Both the position numbers and the translations under genes were made by a program. DNA of 64,000 bases, taken from NCBI GenBank assembly GCA_963749915.1, contig CAVVOP010000017.1, positions 1-64,000 on the forward strand, read 5' to 3'. Source of the DNA: an uncultured cyanobacterium. GTDB lineage: Bacteria > Cyanobacteriota > Cyanobacteriia > Cyanobacteriales > Cyanobacteriaceae. This document shows, in pieces, positions 63,650 through 64,000 of the stretch; positions within the stretch are counted from its first letter, which is position 1, and each line of letters starts with the position of its first letter. The notes under the pieces were generated by a model that was given only the letters and a program-made list of their open reading frames with translations, ran no database searches and was not told the origin of the DNA.

Positions 63650-63820
63650 TGCCAGAAGTTGCAATTGCTTCGAGGGTTTTATTTTATAATGAAACAGCCC
63701 TACCATGGTGATAGGGAGATAAAAAGCAAAAATGTTCAGAATGAACAGTTAAATATAGATTAAAAACGAGACACTAGAAAATGCCTCTCAAACCCAGTAC
63801 CCTCTAAAAGCAAAAAAACC

Positions 63821-64000
63821 ATGAAAATCCTTAAAACACAAACTTTACGTGGCCCTAACTATTGGAGTATCAGAAGACAAAAACTGATCCAGATGCGTCT
63901 TGATTTAGAAGATGTGGCCGAAAAACCATCTAACCTAATACCGGGATTTTATCAGGGTTTAGTGAAGATACTACCCTCCCTCATTGAACACTTTTGTTCC
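63821..64000 (+). CDS. cphA: Cyanophycin synthetase, 5' end (partial)
   Basis: MKILKTQTLRGPNYWSIRRQKLIQMRLDLE...IPGFY..L...LPSL.EHFCS. Confidence 0.93.
   Translation, partial: MKILKTQTLRGPNYWSIRRQKLIQMRLDLEDVAEKPSNLIPGFYQGLVKILPSLIEHFCS

Overview
The window has two parts of different origin. Bases 1 to about 2920 are GC-rich and look deltaproteobacterial (Desulfobacterota-like): the 3' end of atpB, atpE, a terminator and a 5'-truncated uvrA. At about 2920 the sequence switches abruptly, in mid-gene, to AT-rich cyanobacterial DNA, probably Cyanobacterium/Geminocystis-like (many HIP1 GCGATCGC sites, ndhH, ycf54, cphA, heptamer repeats). This junction is most likely an assembly or concatenation chimera. 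The cyanobacterial part is mostly housekeeping genes (znuA/znuC, wecB, leuC, msrB, recN, sphS/sphR, ilvC, anmK, sds, rsmB, ndhH, pdxJ, ycf54, a sugar ABC transporter, glyQ, tsaC, fmt, sqr, cphA). It also holds a visibly higher-GC accessory block at about 4.75-18.9 kb: a COP23-like gene divergent from TpsA(FHA)-TpsB-CHAT protease; a 3.27-kb module bounded by IS1380-type inverted repeats and CTAG duplications, carrying a membrane protein and a secreted alpha-amylase; and a membrane TPR protein with MshEN-like repeats. Other points of interest are an orphan RnfD/NqrB-like gene paired with a DUF2330-like gene, a Tat-exported pseudo-orthocaspase, two copies of a ~100-bp MITE (one nested in an IS4 remnant) and an unannotated 51-aa ORF. 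Family assignments come from motif recognition by eye; no database searches were run, and GC differences were judged by eye.
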